From NCBI GenBank assembly GCA_963716395.1, contig OY970309.1, positions 3,648,001 to 3,712,000 of the forward strand: a stretch of DNA of 64,000 nt, read 5' to 3'. This DNA comes from an uncultured Fibrobacteria bacterium (GTDB lineage: Bacteria; Fibrobacterota; Fibrobacteria; UBA11236). Below, one piece after another: positions 34,557 through 43,663 of the stretch (positions are counted from its first letter, which is position 1; each line of letters opens with the position of its first letter). The translations under genes and the position numbers were made by a program. The notes beneath the pieces are model-generated. The model ran no database searches and had not been told where the DNA came from. It worked only from the letters and a program-made list of their open reading frames with translations.

Positions 34557-36029
34557 ATGAAAACTTTCAAAATCAGAATGGCTGTCTGCATTCTCATCGC
34601 CGGAACCGTGGTGTGCTCCTGGGCCCAAACGATGGCTCCTCATCCCGATCCCCAACTTTCCATCCCGAATAATGCGCAAGTGAGCAGTTCTGCAGATTCA
34701 AGTCTGTCAGCCCGAATTTCCGACCTGGAAGCCTATGTCAAGAACGAATCCCCCGCTCGACTGACGGGGATTTCGGGTCCGGGAGACAATGCTTGGATGA
34801 TGACTTCGGCGGCCCTGGTATTGTTCATGACCTTGCCCGGTCTGGCCTTGTTTTACGGCGGCCTGGTCCGCACTAAAAACGTGCTGTCGGTTCTGGCCCA
34901 ATGCCTGGGGGCCGCCGGATTGGTCACCATTCTTTGGTGGGCCTTCGGCTACAGCCTGGCGTTTGCCCCAGGCAACCCTTTTCTGGGCGGCTTCAAATTC
35001 GCCTTCCTGCACGGCGTTACCAGCGCGCCGAACACCGATTATGCGGCCTGGGTTTCACAAAACGTCTTTTCCATGTACCAGCTCATGTTCGCCATCATCA
35101 CGCCGGCCTTAATCGTGGGCGCCATCGCCGAACGCATGCAGTTCAAAGCCATCCTGCTCTTCATCTTCGGTTGGATGCTGCTGGTCTACTTTCCCCTGGC
35201 GCACATGGTGTGGGGTGTGGATGGTTTTATGAACGGCGTTTGGAATGCGAAGGCCGTCATCAAAGCCATCGATTTCGCCGGCGGCACCGTCGTGCACATG
35301 TCTTCCGGCTGGTCGGCCCTGATTCTCTGTCTCTGGCTGGGAAAACGCACGGGTTTCGGGCACAAAAACTTCGCGCCCCACAGCTTGGTGCTGACCATGG
35401 TGGGCACGGGCATGCTCTGGGTGGGTTGGTATGGTTTCAATGCGGGATCGGCCCTGGCTGCCGACGGCATCGCAGCCAACGCTTTCATGACGACCACCTT
35501 GGCCACGGCGGTATCCTGCTTCGTATGGCCCATGCTGGAATGGATCACGCGCGGCAAGCCCACGGTGCTGGGGTTTTGTTCGGGCGCGGTCGCCGGGTTG
35601 GTGGTGATCACACCCGCCACCGGTTTTGTGGACGCCAGCGGCGCGGTCATCATCGGGGTCTTGGCCGCGGTGGTGCCGTATATCTCCTGCAATTGGTTGA
35701 AACACCGCCTGGGTTATGATGATGCGCTGGATACCTTCGGCGTGCATGGCGTGGGTGGAACCCTGGGGGCCCTGTTGACGGGATTTCTGGCCACGACCAG
35801 CGTGAACGGCAACCTGGCCACCAATCTGAGTGGAATTGTCGGCAAGACTTTGTGGCTGGAACAACTCAAAGCCATCGGGGTTACCATCACACTGGCCATT
35901 CTGGGCACAACGATTTTGGCCTTAGGAATCAAGTTGGTGCTGGGTTTGCGCCCGGCGCAGGAGGATGAGTTGCTCGGCCTGGACTTGGTGGATCATGGTG
36001 AAGCGGGCTATCACTATGAAGAGGCCTGA
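34557..36029 (+). CDS. amt: ammonium transporter (AmtB-type), copy 2
   Basis: PGLALFYGG, FAIITPAL, DFAGGTVVH, WYGFNAGS, DDALDTFGVHG. Confidence 0.96.
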   Translation: MKTFKIRMAVCILIAGTVVCSWAQTMAPHPDPQLSIPNNAQVSSSADSSLSARISDLEAYVKNESPARLTGISGPGDNAWMMTSAALVLFMTLPGLALFYGGLVRTKNVLSVLAQCLGAAGLVTILWWAFGYSLAFAPGNPFLGGFKFAFLHGVTSAPNTDYAAWVSQNVFSMYQLMFAIITPALIVGAIAERMQFKAILLFIFGWMLLVYFPLAHMVWGVDGFMNGVWNAKAVIKAIDFAGGTVVHMSSGWSALILCLWLGKRTGFGHKNFAPHSLVLTMVGTGMLWVGWYGFNAGSALAADGIAANAFMTTTLATAVSCFVWPMLEWITRGKPTVLGFCSGAVAGLVVITPATGFVDASGAVIIGVLAAVVPYISCNWLKHRLGYDDALDTFGVHGVGGTLGALLTGFLATTSVNGNLATNLSGIVGKTLWLEQLKAIGVTITLAILGTTILALGIKLVLGLRPAQEDELLGLDLVDHGEAGYHYEEA

Positions 36030-36124
36030 CCGGATCCGCTTCATTGCCCTGCGGAACCATCGGTCCGTTCTGCTTTCAGCCGGGGAGCGGACTGATTATA
36101 TTTTCATCCCCTTGAGCTGATTGT

Positions 36125-36201
36125 CGGGATGTGGCTCAGTCTGGTAGAGCACTTGCTTCGGGAGCAAGGGGTCGTGGGTTCGAATCCCGCCATCCCGACC
36201 A
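36125..36201 (+). tRNA. tRNA-Pro(CGG)
   Basis: CGGGATG/CATCCCG acceptor stem, CTTGC-TTCGGGA-GCAAG anticodon arm, T-arm, encoded CCA. Confidence 0.96.
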
Positions 36202-36264
36202 ATTTTCACGTTGTGGGGAAGGCGCCGGCGAGATTCACGTGGCGCCCGCACCACCGGGTTTGAA

Positions 36265-37053
36265 CTAAAAATTTTTCACGGCATTGCGGAAAATCGCCAG
36301 GCCGTCGCCTTCGCGGCCCAAGCCGGTGCGTGTCCAGCGCGGATGCTGGGTGGGAAGGATATACGCTTCGGGATGCGGCATCAATCCCAACACCAAACCG
36401 TCGGCGCTGCACAGGCCCGCGACATGGGCGACGGAGCCGTTGGGGTTGTCGGGAAAACCGGCGGGGCCCTCCGGCGGAAGCGTTCCGTCGGCGCGCGTGT
36501 AGCGTAAGCAGATTTGTCCGCTTTGCTCCAGCCCCGCCAGCAAGTCCGGGCCGCCCGGAATGAATTTGCCCTCGCCGTGGCGCACGGGAAGATATAGACT
36601 TTCGAGGCCGCGCAGCCACAAACAAAACGTGCCGGCCGCGGCTTTCAAGTACACCCAGCGATCTTCGTAACGGCTGGAATCATTGTAAGTGAGGGTGCAG
36701 GTCTGGGTGAACGAGGCCGGCTCGGTGCCGGGCAACAGCCCCAATTTGACCAGCACTTGAAAGCCGTTGCAAATGCCGATCATGGGCATTTTGCGCGCAC
36801 GCAACCGGAGTAAGGTTTCGCCCAACTTGTATTTCATGCGGTTGGCGAAAACGCGGCCGCTGGCGATGTGGTCGCCGAAGGAAAAGCCCCCGGGAAAAGC
36901 GAGAATGTCGAACTCTTCCAGGCGCACGCGGCCGGCCACGGCGTCGTGCAAATGCACGGCCTCGGCCCGGCCGCCGGCCAATTGGAAGGCCCCCATCAAC
37001 TCCTGATCCGAGTTGATTCCATAGCCGGTGAGAACGGCGACACGGGCGGTCAT
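36265..37053 (-). CDS. purQ: phosphoribosylformylglycinamidine synthase glutaminase subunit
   Basis: PGGFSFGD, GICNGFQ, HGEG, NPNGS, MPHPE. Confidence 0.95.
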   Translation of the reverse strand: MTARVAVLTGYGINSDQELMGAFQLAGGRAEAVHLHDAVAGRVRLEEFDILAFPGGFSFGDHIASGRVFANRMKYKLGETLLRLRARKMPMIGICNGFQVLVKLGLLPGTEPASFTQTCTLTYNDSSRYEDRWVYLKAAAGTFCLWLRGLESLYLPVRHGEGKFIPGGPDLLAGLEQSGQICLRYTRADGTLPPEGPAGFPDNPNGSVAHVAGLCSADGLVLGLMPHPEAYILPTQHPRWTRTGLGREGDGLAIFRNAVKNF

Positions 37054-37054
37054 A

Positions 37055-40027
37055 TCAAAAATCCAAGGGGCGGCGCCAAGCGTTCCAGGCTTCGTTCAGC
37101 GATACGGTGAAGGCTTCATCGGGTGAAACCGTAACGCGAAACCGGGCGTCTCCCGTGACTTCGCCGATGCACGCGCAGGGCGAGCCCGCCATGGCCGCGA
37201 CCCAGTCTTTTTCATTTTCAACGGAAACAGAAATCACAAATCGCCCCTGGCTTTCGCCGAAGAGCAGCGCGTGCCGCGAGACCGAAGCCGCTTGCGGCGC
37301 CCGCCCGGCGTCGACGCGGCAGCCCAGCCGCCCTGCCAGGCCGCATTCCGCCAAGGCCGTCCACAGCCCCCCGTCGGAACAATCATGCGCCGAGCGCACC
37401 AGACCGGCCACCATCGCCGCATGCAACTTGCGATACAAGGCCAGATTGGCGGCGGCATCGACACGCGGGACGGCATTGCCCACGGCGCCCAGCAGGTGGA
37501 AATACTCGGAGGCCCCGGTTTCTTCGCGCGTATCGCCTACCACGTAGATGCGGTCGCCGGGACTTTTGAAATCCATGGTGATGGCTTGCGCAGCATCGGG
37601 CATGGGTCCCAGCACCGAGATGAGCAAGGTGGGCGGAACGCTGATGCGATCGCGGCCACGCCCATAATCGTTTTTCATCGAGTCTTTGCCGGAAATCAGC
37701 GGCAGCGAATAGGCCGTGCACACGTCGTACAACGCTTGGCCGGCGCGCACCAATTGCGCCAACTTGAATTGGCCGTCGGGCGTGGCTTCGGATTCCACGG
37801 GATCGGGCCAGCAAAAGTTGTCGAGCGCGGCCAGCCGCTCCGGCGGCGCGCCCACGGCCACGGCATTGCGCACGGCCTCGTCGACGGCGCAGGCCGCCAT
37901 GTGGTAAGCGTCGATGTCGCTGTAGCGCGGACACAGACCATGCGCCACCACCAGAGCATCATGGCGATCCGCCAGCGGGCGCAAGACCGCCGCGTCGCTG
38001 GGCCCGTCGTTTTGGGCGCCGGTAAAGGGCTTGACCACGCTTTGGCCCTGCACTTCGTGATCGTATTGCCGCACCCAGGTTTCCTTCGAGCAAATGTTGA
38101 GGCGCGCGAGCAGCGCCAGGGCATCTTCTTTCAGGTTGCGTTGCGCCAGCACCGAAGCCGGAGGCTCAGCATGCTGCGGGAGCGACCAGCGCGCCTGGAG
38201 ATGCAGCCGGGGATTGCCCTCGTGCAGGAATTGCATGTCCATGCGGGCCACGGGCCGGCCCTGGTAAAAGCAGGCGAAAAACCCCGAAGCCGTGAATTCG
38301 CCGAGGTCGGCAACTTCGACGTCACGCCGGGCGGCCAGATCGCGAAAGGCGTCCCACCGCTCGGGAGGTACGGCAAACGACATGCGCTCCTGGGCCTCGG
38401 AGACCAGGATTTCCCAGGGGTCGAGTCCCGCGTATTTGAGCGGCGCGCGATCGAGGTGCAGCGCGCAGCCGCCGCATTCCCGGGCCATTTCTCCCAGGCT
38501 GCTGGAAAGGCCGCCGGCCCCGTTGTCGGTGACGAAGCGATAAAGACCCGCGTCGCGCGCTTCGAGCAGAAAGTCGAGCAGTTTCTTCTGGGTGATGGGA
38601 TCGCCGATTTGCACCGCCGACACGGGCGAAGCCTCGGTGAGGGCGGCCGAGGAAAAGGTGGCGCCGTGGATGCCGTCTTTGCCGATGCGGCCGCCCGCCA
38701 TCACAATGCGATCACCGGGATGAATCTCTTTTTGCCAGGACGGCCGGCCGTTGATTTCCGCGGGAATCAATCCGCCCGTGCCGCAAAACACCAGCGGCTT
38801 GCCGAGATAGCGGTCGTCGAATACGATGCTGCCGTTGACCGTGGGAATGCCGCTTTCGTTGCCGCCGTCTTTGACGCCGCGATGCACTTCGCGCAACAGG
38901 CGACGGGGATGGTGCAGCTTGTCGGGGACGGGACGGTCATAGAACGGAGATGCGAAGCAGAACACGTCGGTGTTGAAAATGGGTTTGCAGCCCAGACCGC
39001 AGCCGAGAATGTCGCGGTTCACGCCCACGATGCCGGTCATGGCGCCGCCGTAGGGGTCGAGCGCCGAAGGGCTGTTATGGGTTTCGGCCTTCATGGCCAC
39101 GTCCCAGCCGTCACAGAAGGCGATGATGCCGGCGTTGTCGGTGAACACCGATTTGAGCCAGGGCGTTCGAGGCCGCACCGCGTCGGTGGCCGCTTGGACG
39201 AAGGTTTTGAACAGCGAATGGATGAGGCGTTTGTCGCCGTGCTCATCGGTGTATTCGATGTCGGCCGCGAAGATTTTGTGCTTGCAATGTTCGCTCCAGG
39301 TTTGGGCGATCATTTCCAGTTCCACGTCGGTGGGCCAGGCCGCCATCCCGCCCTGAACGCGCGCGGCCTGATGCGCAGAATCGGCGTAATGTGCGCGCAC
39401 GGCCTGCATTTCTTCCAGCGACAGCGACAGTAGTCTTTCGTCGGACAGCCGGCGCAGCGCCTCGGGATCGTCGGGCAGGGGTAGCGCGCGCGTTTCGGGT
39501 GTGTGCGGCACCACGACCCGGCGCGAACGGGCGGGAATGCCCGGAGATTGCTTCCATTCCTCGGCCGACACGACCTGCCAGGTTTCGATCAAATCGTTGG
39601 CCAGCAAAGCCGTGGCCACGCGCACGGCATCGGCATGCGTCAAAGGGCCGCGCAGCAATACTTGGCGGCTGGTGTACACCTGATCGTGTTCGCCCGGTTT
39701 TTTCCCCAGCGCATCGGCCACGCCCGCCCGCGCCGAGCGGCCCACATTGTCGGTGACGCCGGGTTTGTAACCGACCTCGATCAGCCAGTCGAAGTCGCGG
39801 GCCAAAGGCTGGCCCACGGAAAAAATCTCGGTGATGGGATCGCTGAAAAGTTCGGCGCCGAGGCGTTCCAACTCTTCCGGATTCAGTTGCATTTCCAAGG
39901 TGTAAACCCGAATCAAGGCGGCGGATTCCGCCGGCAGATGCAGGTCTTCGCGCACCGCGCGCAACATGCGTTGCGCCGGAGAGTCGGTGGCCGGGCTTTT
40001 CTGGGCGACCTCGATACGTTGGAGCAA
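37055..40027 (-). CDS. purL: phosphoribosylformylglycinamidine synthase subunit PurL with fused PurS-like N-domain
   Basis: WSEHCKH, KAETHNSPS, DNGAGG, SEAQERM, QYDHEV, SGKDS. Confidence 0.95.
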   Translation of the reverse strand: MLQRIEVAQKSPATDSPAQRMLRAVREDLHLPAESAALIRVYTLEMQLNPEELERLGAELFSDPITEIFSVGQPLARDFDWLIEVGYKPGVTDNVGRSARAGVADALGKKPGEHDQVYTSRQVLLRGPLTHADAVRVATALLANDLIETWQVVSAEEWKQSPGIPARSRRVVVPHTPETRALPLPDDPEALRRLSDERLLSLSLEEMQAVRAHYADSAHQAARVQGGMAAWPTDVELEMIAQTWSEHCKHKIFAADIEYTDEHGDKRLIHSLFKTFVQAATDAVRPRTPWLKSVFTDNAGIIAFCDGWDVAMKAETHNSPSALDPYGGAMTGIVGVNRDILGCGLGCKPIFNTDVFCFASPFYDRPVPDKLHHPRRLLREVHRGVKDGGNESGIPTVNGSIVFDDRYLGKPLVFCGTGGLIPAEINGRPSWQKEIHPGDRIVMAGGRIGKDGIHGATFSSAALTEASPVSAVQIGDPITQKKLLDFLLEARDAGLYRFVTDNGAGGLSSSLGEMARECGGCALHLDRAPLKYAGLDPWEILVSEAQERMSFAVPPERWDAFRDLAARRDVEVADLGEFTASGFFACFYQGRPVARMDMQFLHEGNPRLHLQARWSLPQHAEPPASVLAQRNLKEDALALLARLNICSKETWVRQYDHEVQGQSVVKPFTGAQNDGPSDAAVLRPLADRHDALVVAHGLCPRYSDIDAYHMAACAVDEAVRNAVAVGAPPERLAALDNFCWPDPVESEATPDGQFKLAQLVRAGQALYDVCTAYSLPLISGKDSMKNDYGRGRDRISVPPTLLISVLGPMPDAAQAITMDFKSPGDRIYVVGDTREETGASEYFHLLGAVGNAVPRVDAAANLALYRKLHAAMVAGLVRSAHDCSDGGLWTALAECGLAGRLGCRVDAGRAPQAASVSRHALLFGESQGRFVISVSVENEKDWVAAMAGSPCACIGEVTGDARFRVTVSPDEAFTVSLNEAWNAWRRPLDF

Positions 40028-40134
40028 AAGCGAATTCCTGATGCGGGTCCGAATTTTCCCGTGTGAAGTGCCAATGTAGAACTTGGCGTGAGGCGGGTGG
40101 CGAGGACCGGGGTGTTTGATACCTTTGGGCCCGC

Positions 40135-40207
40135 GTCCTCGTAGCTCAACAGGATAGAGCTGTGGTTTCCTAAACCGCCGATCCCCGTTCGAGTCGGGGC
40201 GAGGACA
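40135..40207 (+). tRNA. tRNA-Arg(CCT)
   Basis: GTCCTCG/CGAGGAC acceptor stem, GTGGT-TTCCTAA-ACCGC anticodon arm, GTTCGAG T-loop. Confidence 0.93.
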
Positions 40208-40391
40208 TGCCCTCCGCAGCCCTTGGCTTCAAAAACCGCGGTTTTCCAGCCCGCTGTCAAACGGTGCCATCCCGGCTGCGCCGGGTTGGGCTCCGACGCG
40301 AGCGCCATCGCCCTGTGCGGTGCGCAACCTCGGAGCCGCCGGATTTCAATTAGAATTTTTCACCAACTCCCCCTCGAAAAGGAACCCCATC

Positions 40392-40820
40392 ATGACCTGC
40401 ATCAATCCCTATCTGAACTTTTCGGGCAATTGCGGACAGGCGTTTGATTTTTACAAATCCGTGTTTGGGAGCGAGTTCTCCCAACACATGCGTTTCCAAG
40501 ATGTGCCGCCCGGAACACCGGGCCCGAAAACCGATCCCGAGCACATCATGCACGTCTCCTTACCCATCGGCAAAGACACCGTGCTCATGGGGAGCGACCG
40601 GTCCGAGGCCATGGGAAAAAACATTCCGGGCAACAACTTTTCCATTTCCATCGGCACCGACAGCCAGGCCGAAGCCGACCGCTTATTCTCCGGCCTGGCC
40701 GCGGGGGGAACGGTGACCATGCCCATGGCCAAAACTTTCTGGGGCGCCTACTTCGGCATGCTCACCGATAAGTTCGGGATTCAATGGATGGTCGACTACA
40801 CCGCTCCGCAGCCGAAATAG
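40392..40820 (+). CDS. VOC/PhnB-like glyoxalase-fold protein
   Basis: NPYLNFSGNC..AFDFYK, IMH, FWGAYFGMLTDKFGIQWM. Confidence 0.88.
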   Translation: MTCINPYLNFSGNCGQAFDFYKSVFGSEFSQHMRFQDVPPGTPGPKTDPEHIMHVSLPIGKDTVLMGSDRSEAMGKNIPGNNFSISIGTDSQAEADRLFSGLAAGGTVTMPMAKTFWGAYFGMLTDKFGIQWMVDYTAPQPK

Positions 40821-40841
40821 GCGCGCGAAAAAGGAGAACGC

Positions 40842-41018
40842 ATGTCCGCAAAACCGGGGTCGGAGTCGCCCCAAGCTCCGAAAACCCCGGGCGCCCATCC
40901 GTTCTGTGGCCGGGCGGGCGGCATGCGCATCACCTTGCGCCAAATCTGTTACAAGGTGTCGATCCGCAAAACCGACGAGGCCCAGCGCAGGGGTGGAGGC
41001 AAAGCTCGGATCGTCTAG
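40842..41018 (+). CDS. small ORF (58 aa), possibly a gene remnant
   Basis: Strong AAGGAG RBS upstream of ATG; below the ORF-track size cutoff. Confidence 0.3.
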   Translation: MSAKPGSESPQAPKTPGAHPFCGRAGGMRITLRQICYKVSIRKTDEAQRRGGGKARIV

Positions 41019-41105
41019 AAGAATAATTGTCGCATCCGCAACACCCGTGTGAACTGGTTCCCCGACGAAGCCATCCCGGTGCGGAGCCCATCTGAAGGAG
41101 ATCGC

Positions 41106-41672
41106 ATGTTCAAGAAAATCGCCCTGATCGTGGTCTTGTTGCTGGCCGCCCTGCTGATTGTGGCCGCCACCAAACCCGGCACCTTTGCCATCCAGCGCAC
41201 CACGCGCATCCAGGCGCCGCCCGCCCGGATCTTCGCCCTCATCGACGACTTCCATCGTTGGCCTGCGTGGTCGCCCTACGAAAAACTCGATCCCGACATG
41301 CGGCATACCTTCGGCGGCCCGGCCCAAGGCGTGGGGACGGAATATCGCTGGGAGGGGAACGGCAAGGTCGGATCGGGACGCATGCAAATCGCGTCGGCCA
41401 CGCCCGATCACATCACCATCGATCTGTATTTCACCAAGCCCATGAAGGCGCACAATGTCGCCGAGTTTTCGCTGCGTCCCGACGGCGATACGACCGACGT
41501 GACCTGGGCCATGCACGGACCCGTGCCCTTTGTCGGCAAAATCATGAGCGTGTTCTTCAGCATGGACAAGATGATTGGAAAAGAGTTCGCAACGGGCCTT
41601 TCCAATCTCAAAGCGGTCGCCGAAGCGCCGGCACCTGCTTCCGCCGCCGCGCCCATTTCGGATAAACCATGA
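41106..41672 (+). CDS. SRPBCC (polyketide cyclase/dehydrase-like) protein with N-terminal anchor
   Basis: IQAPPARIF, WPAWSPYEKLDP, GLSNLK. Confidence 0.82.
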   Translation: MFKKIALIVVLLLAALLIVAATKPGTFAIQRTTRIQAPPARIFALIDDFHRWPAWSPYEKLDPDMRHTFGGPAQGVGTEYRWEGNGKVGSGRMQIASATPDHITIDLYFTKPMKAHNVAEFSLRPDGDTTDVTWAMHGPVPFVGKIMSVFFSMDKMIGKEFATGLSNLKAVAEAPAPASAAAPISDKP

Positions 41673-42156
41673 CAATCAGTAAAAATGTGCCGTCAAACGG
41701 CGCCCCGAATACTCCCGACCGCGAGCTGGTGCTGACCCGCTTCTTCGCCGCGCCGCGGGCTTTGGTCTTCGCGGCCTGGACGAGGCCCGAAATGCTGAAG
41801 CACTGGTGGGGGCCCGCGGGGTTCTCTTTGCCCGTGTGCGAATCCGACTTGCGCCCCGGCGGCGCGTACCATTGGGTGATGCGGCGGCCGGATCAAAACG
41901 ATTATCCCTGCGCGGAACCTTCCATGAAATCGCGGCTCCGGAGCGGCTGGTCTTTTCGGCCGTGCTCGACGGCGAAGCCCCGGATCACGAAATCCGCACC
42001 ACGGTCACCTTCGACGATCACGAAGGCGGAACGCGGGTGACCTTGCGCCAGACCTATTCCAAGGTGTCGTCGGCCAAAACCGACGGTGCGCAGCAAGGGT
42101 GGACGCAAAGCCTGGATCGTCTGGAAGCCTGGTTGCAAGCGGCGGTGAAGAAATAG
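41669..42156 (+). CDS. SRPBCC/AHSA1-like protein; -1 frameshift near 41908
   Basis: ELVLTR..APRALVFAAWT..WWGP in one frame; RGTFHEIAAPERLVF..GWTQSLDRL in another; one C missing from the TATCCCTG run. Confidence 0.75.
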
Positions 42157-42157
42157 C

Positions 42158-43663
42158 ATGGAGAGGCATTCCGCGCGTCCCCTCCCGGCCGACGTGAAGG
42201 CGTCGCATGCGTCCGCCGGCCGCAACGGCGAGACCGAGCAAACGACCGAAGATTCGGCGCGCCGGCGCTGGACGGCTTTTTATGTGCTGTGCCTGGGCGC
42301 TTTGATGATCGTGCTCGACACCACCATCGTGAACGTAGCCTTGCCTTCGATCCGCACCGATCTCAATTTTTCCGAAGCCGCGCTGGCCTGGGTGGTGAAC
42401 GCCTATGTGCTGACCTTCGGCGGCTTTCTGCTCTTGGGTGGCCGCCTGGGGGATTTGTTCGGACACCGCCGCCTGTTTCTGATCGGGATAACTGGTTTCA
42501 CCCTGGCCTCGCTGGCCTGCGGTCTCGCGGGCTCGCGGGAATTTCTGGTCGCGGCGCGCGCTGTGCAAGGCGTCGGCGGCGCCGTGGTTTCTGCAGTCGC
42601 GCTTTCGCTGATGATGAACCTTTTTCCCGAGCCGGCCGAACGCGCCAAAGCCATGGGCGTTTTCGGATTCGTCTCTTCCAGCGGGGGCAGCATCGGCGTG
42701 CTCCTGGGAGGATTGTTGACCAATGTTTTCAACTGGCATTGGATTTTCCTGGTCAACCTTCCGGTGGGCATCGCCGTGTTCGCGCTTTCTTCCCGGCTGT
42801 TGCCGGCCGGTCGCCGCGCGACGACCTCCCGCCATCTCGACGTGGCCGGGGCGGCGGCCGTGACGATTTCGTTGATGACCGCCGTCTATGCCATCGTGAA
42901 CGGCAATGAGGCCGGCTGGACATCGACGCTGACCCTGGGCCGTTTGGGCGCGGCGGCAGCGTTATTCGCCCTTTTTCTCGTGATCGAAAGCCGGGTGCTG
43001 ACGCCGCTTTTACCCCTGGGGTTGTTTCGCTCACGCAATGTGGCTGCGGCCAATATCGTGGGCGTGCTGTGGGCAGCCGCCATGTTCGCCTGGTTTTTCC
43101 TCTCCGCCCTGTATCTGCAACTGGTGCTCGGCTACCGCCCCCTGCTGGTGGGTTTGTCTTTTCTCCCCGCCAACCTGCTGATGGCCGCGTTTTCCATCGG
43201 TCTTTCAGCTAAGCTTGTGCTGCGTTTCGGCATTCGTTGGCCGCTGGGCGTGGGTTTGTTCCTGGCCGCAGGCGGGTTAGTTTGGTTCGCGTGGGCTCCG
43301 GTGGATGGGACTTTTGTCGCGCATGTGCTGCCCGGCATGGTGTTGCTCGGCTTGGGCGCGGGCATCGCTTTCAACCCGTTGCTGCTCGCGGCCATGAGCG
43401 GCGTGCCGGCTCATCAATCGGGATTGGCATCGGGTGTGGTCAACACCTCGTTCATGATGGGCGGAGCCTTGGGTCTGGCCTGCCTCGCCAGTCTTGCCGC
43501 CGCGCGCACGCATCACCTGTTGGCCGCGGGTACGGATGCGCTTTCGGCGCTGAACGGCGGGTATCACCGGGCGTTTTTGCTGGGTGCGGTGTTTGCCGGG
43601 CTCGCCGCCCTGCTGGGAGCCTCGCTGTTGCGAACCGACGCCGCGGCTATTTCTTCAGGCTGA
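42158..43663 (+). CDS. MFS efflux transporter, DHA2 (EmrB/QacA) family
   Basis: LDTTIVNVALP, GGRLGDLFGHRR, WIFLVNLPVG; about 14 TM. Confidence 0.9.
   Translation: MERHSARPLPADVKASHASAGRNGETEQTTEDSARRRWTAFYVLCLGALMIVLDTTIVNVALPSIRTDLNFSEAALAWVVNAYVLTFGGFLLLGGRLGDLFGHRRLFLIGITGFTLASLACGLAGSREFLVAARAVQGVGGAVVSAVALSLMMNLFPEPAERAKAMGVFGFVSSSGGSIGVLLGGLLTNVFNWHWIFLVNLPVGIAVFALSSRLLPAGRRATTSRHLDVAGAAAVTISLMTAVYAIVNGNEAGWTSTLTLGRLGAAAALFALFLVIESRVLTPLLPLGLFRSRNVAAANIVGVLWAAAMFAWFFLSALYLQLVLGYRPLLVGLSFLPANLLMAAFSIGLSAKLVLRFGIRWPLGVGLFLAAGGLVWFAWAPVDGTFVAHVLPGMVLLGLGAGIAFNPLLLAAMSGVPAHQSGLASGVVNTSFMMGGALGLACLASLAAARTHHLLAAGTDALSALNGGYHRAFLLGAVFAGLAALLGASLLRTDAAAISSG

Noticed and set aside
37271-39433. 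720-aa plus-strand ORF
   Set aside because: Antisense shadow of purL.
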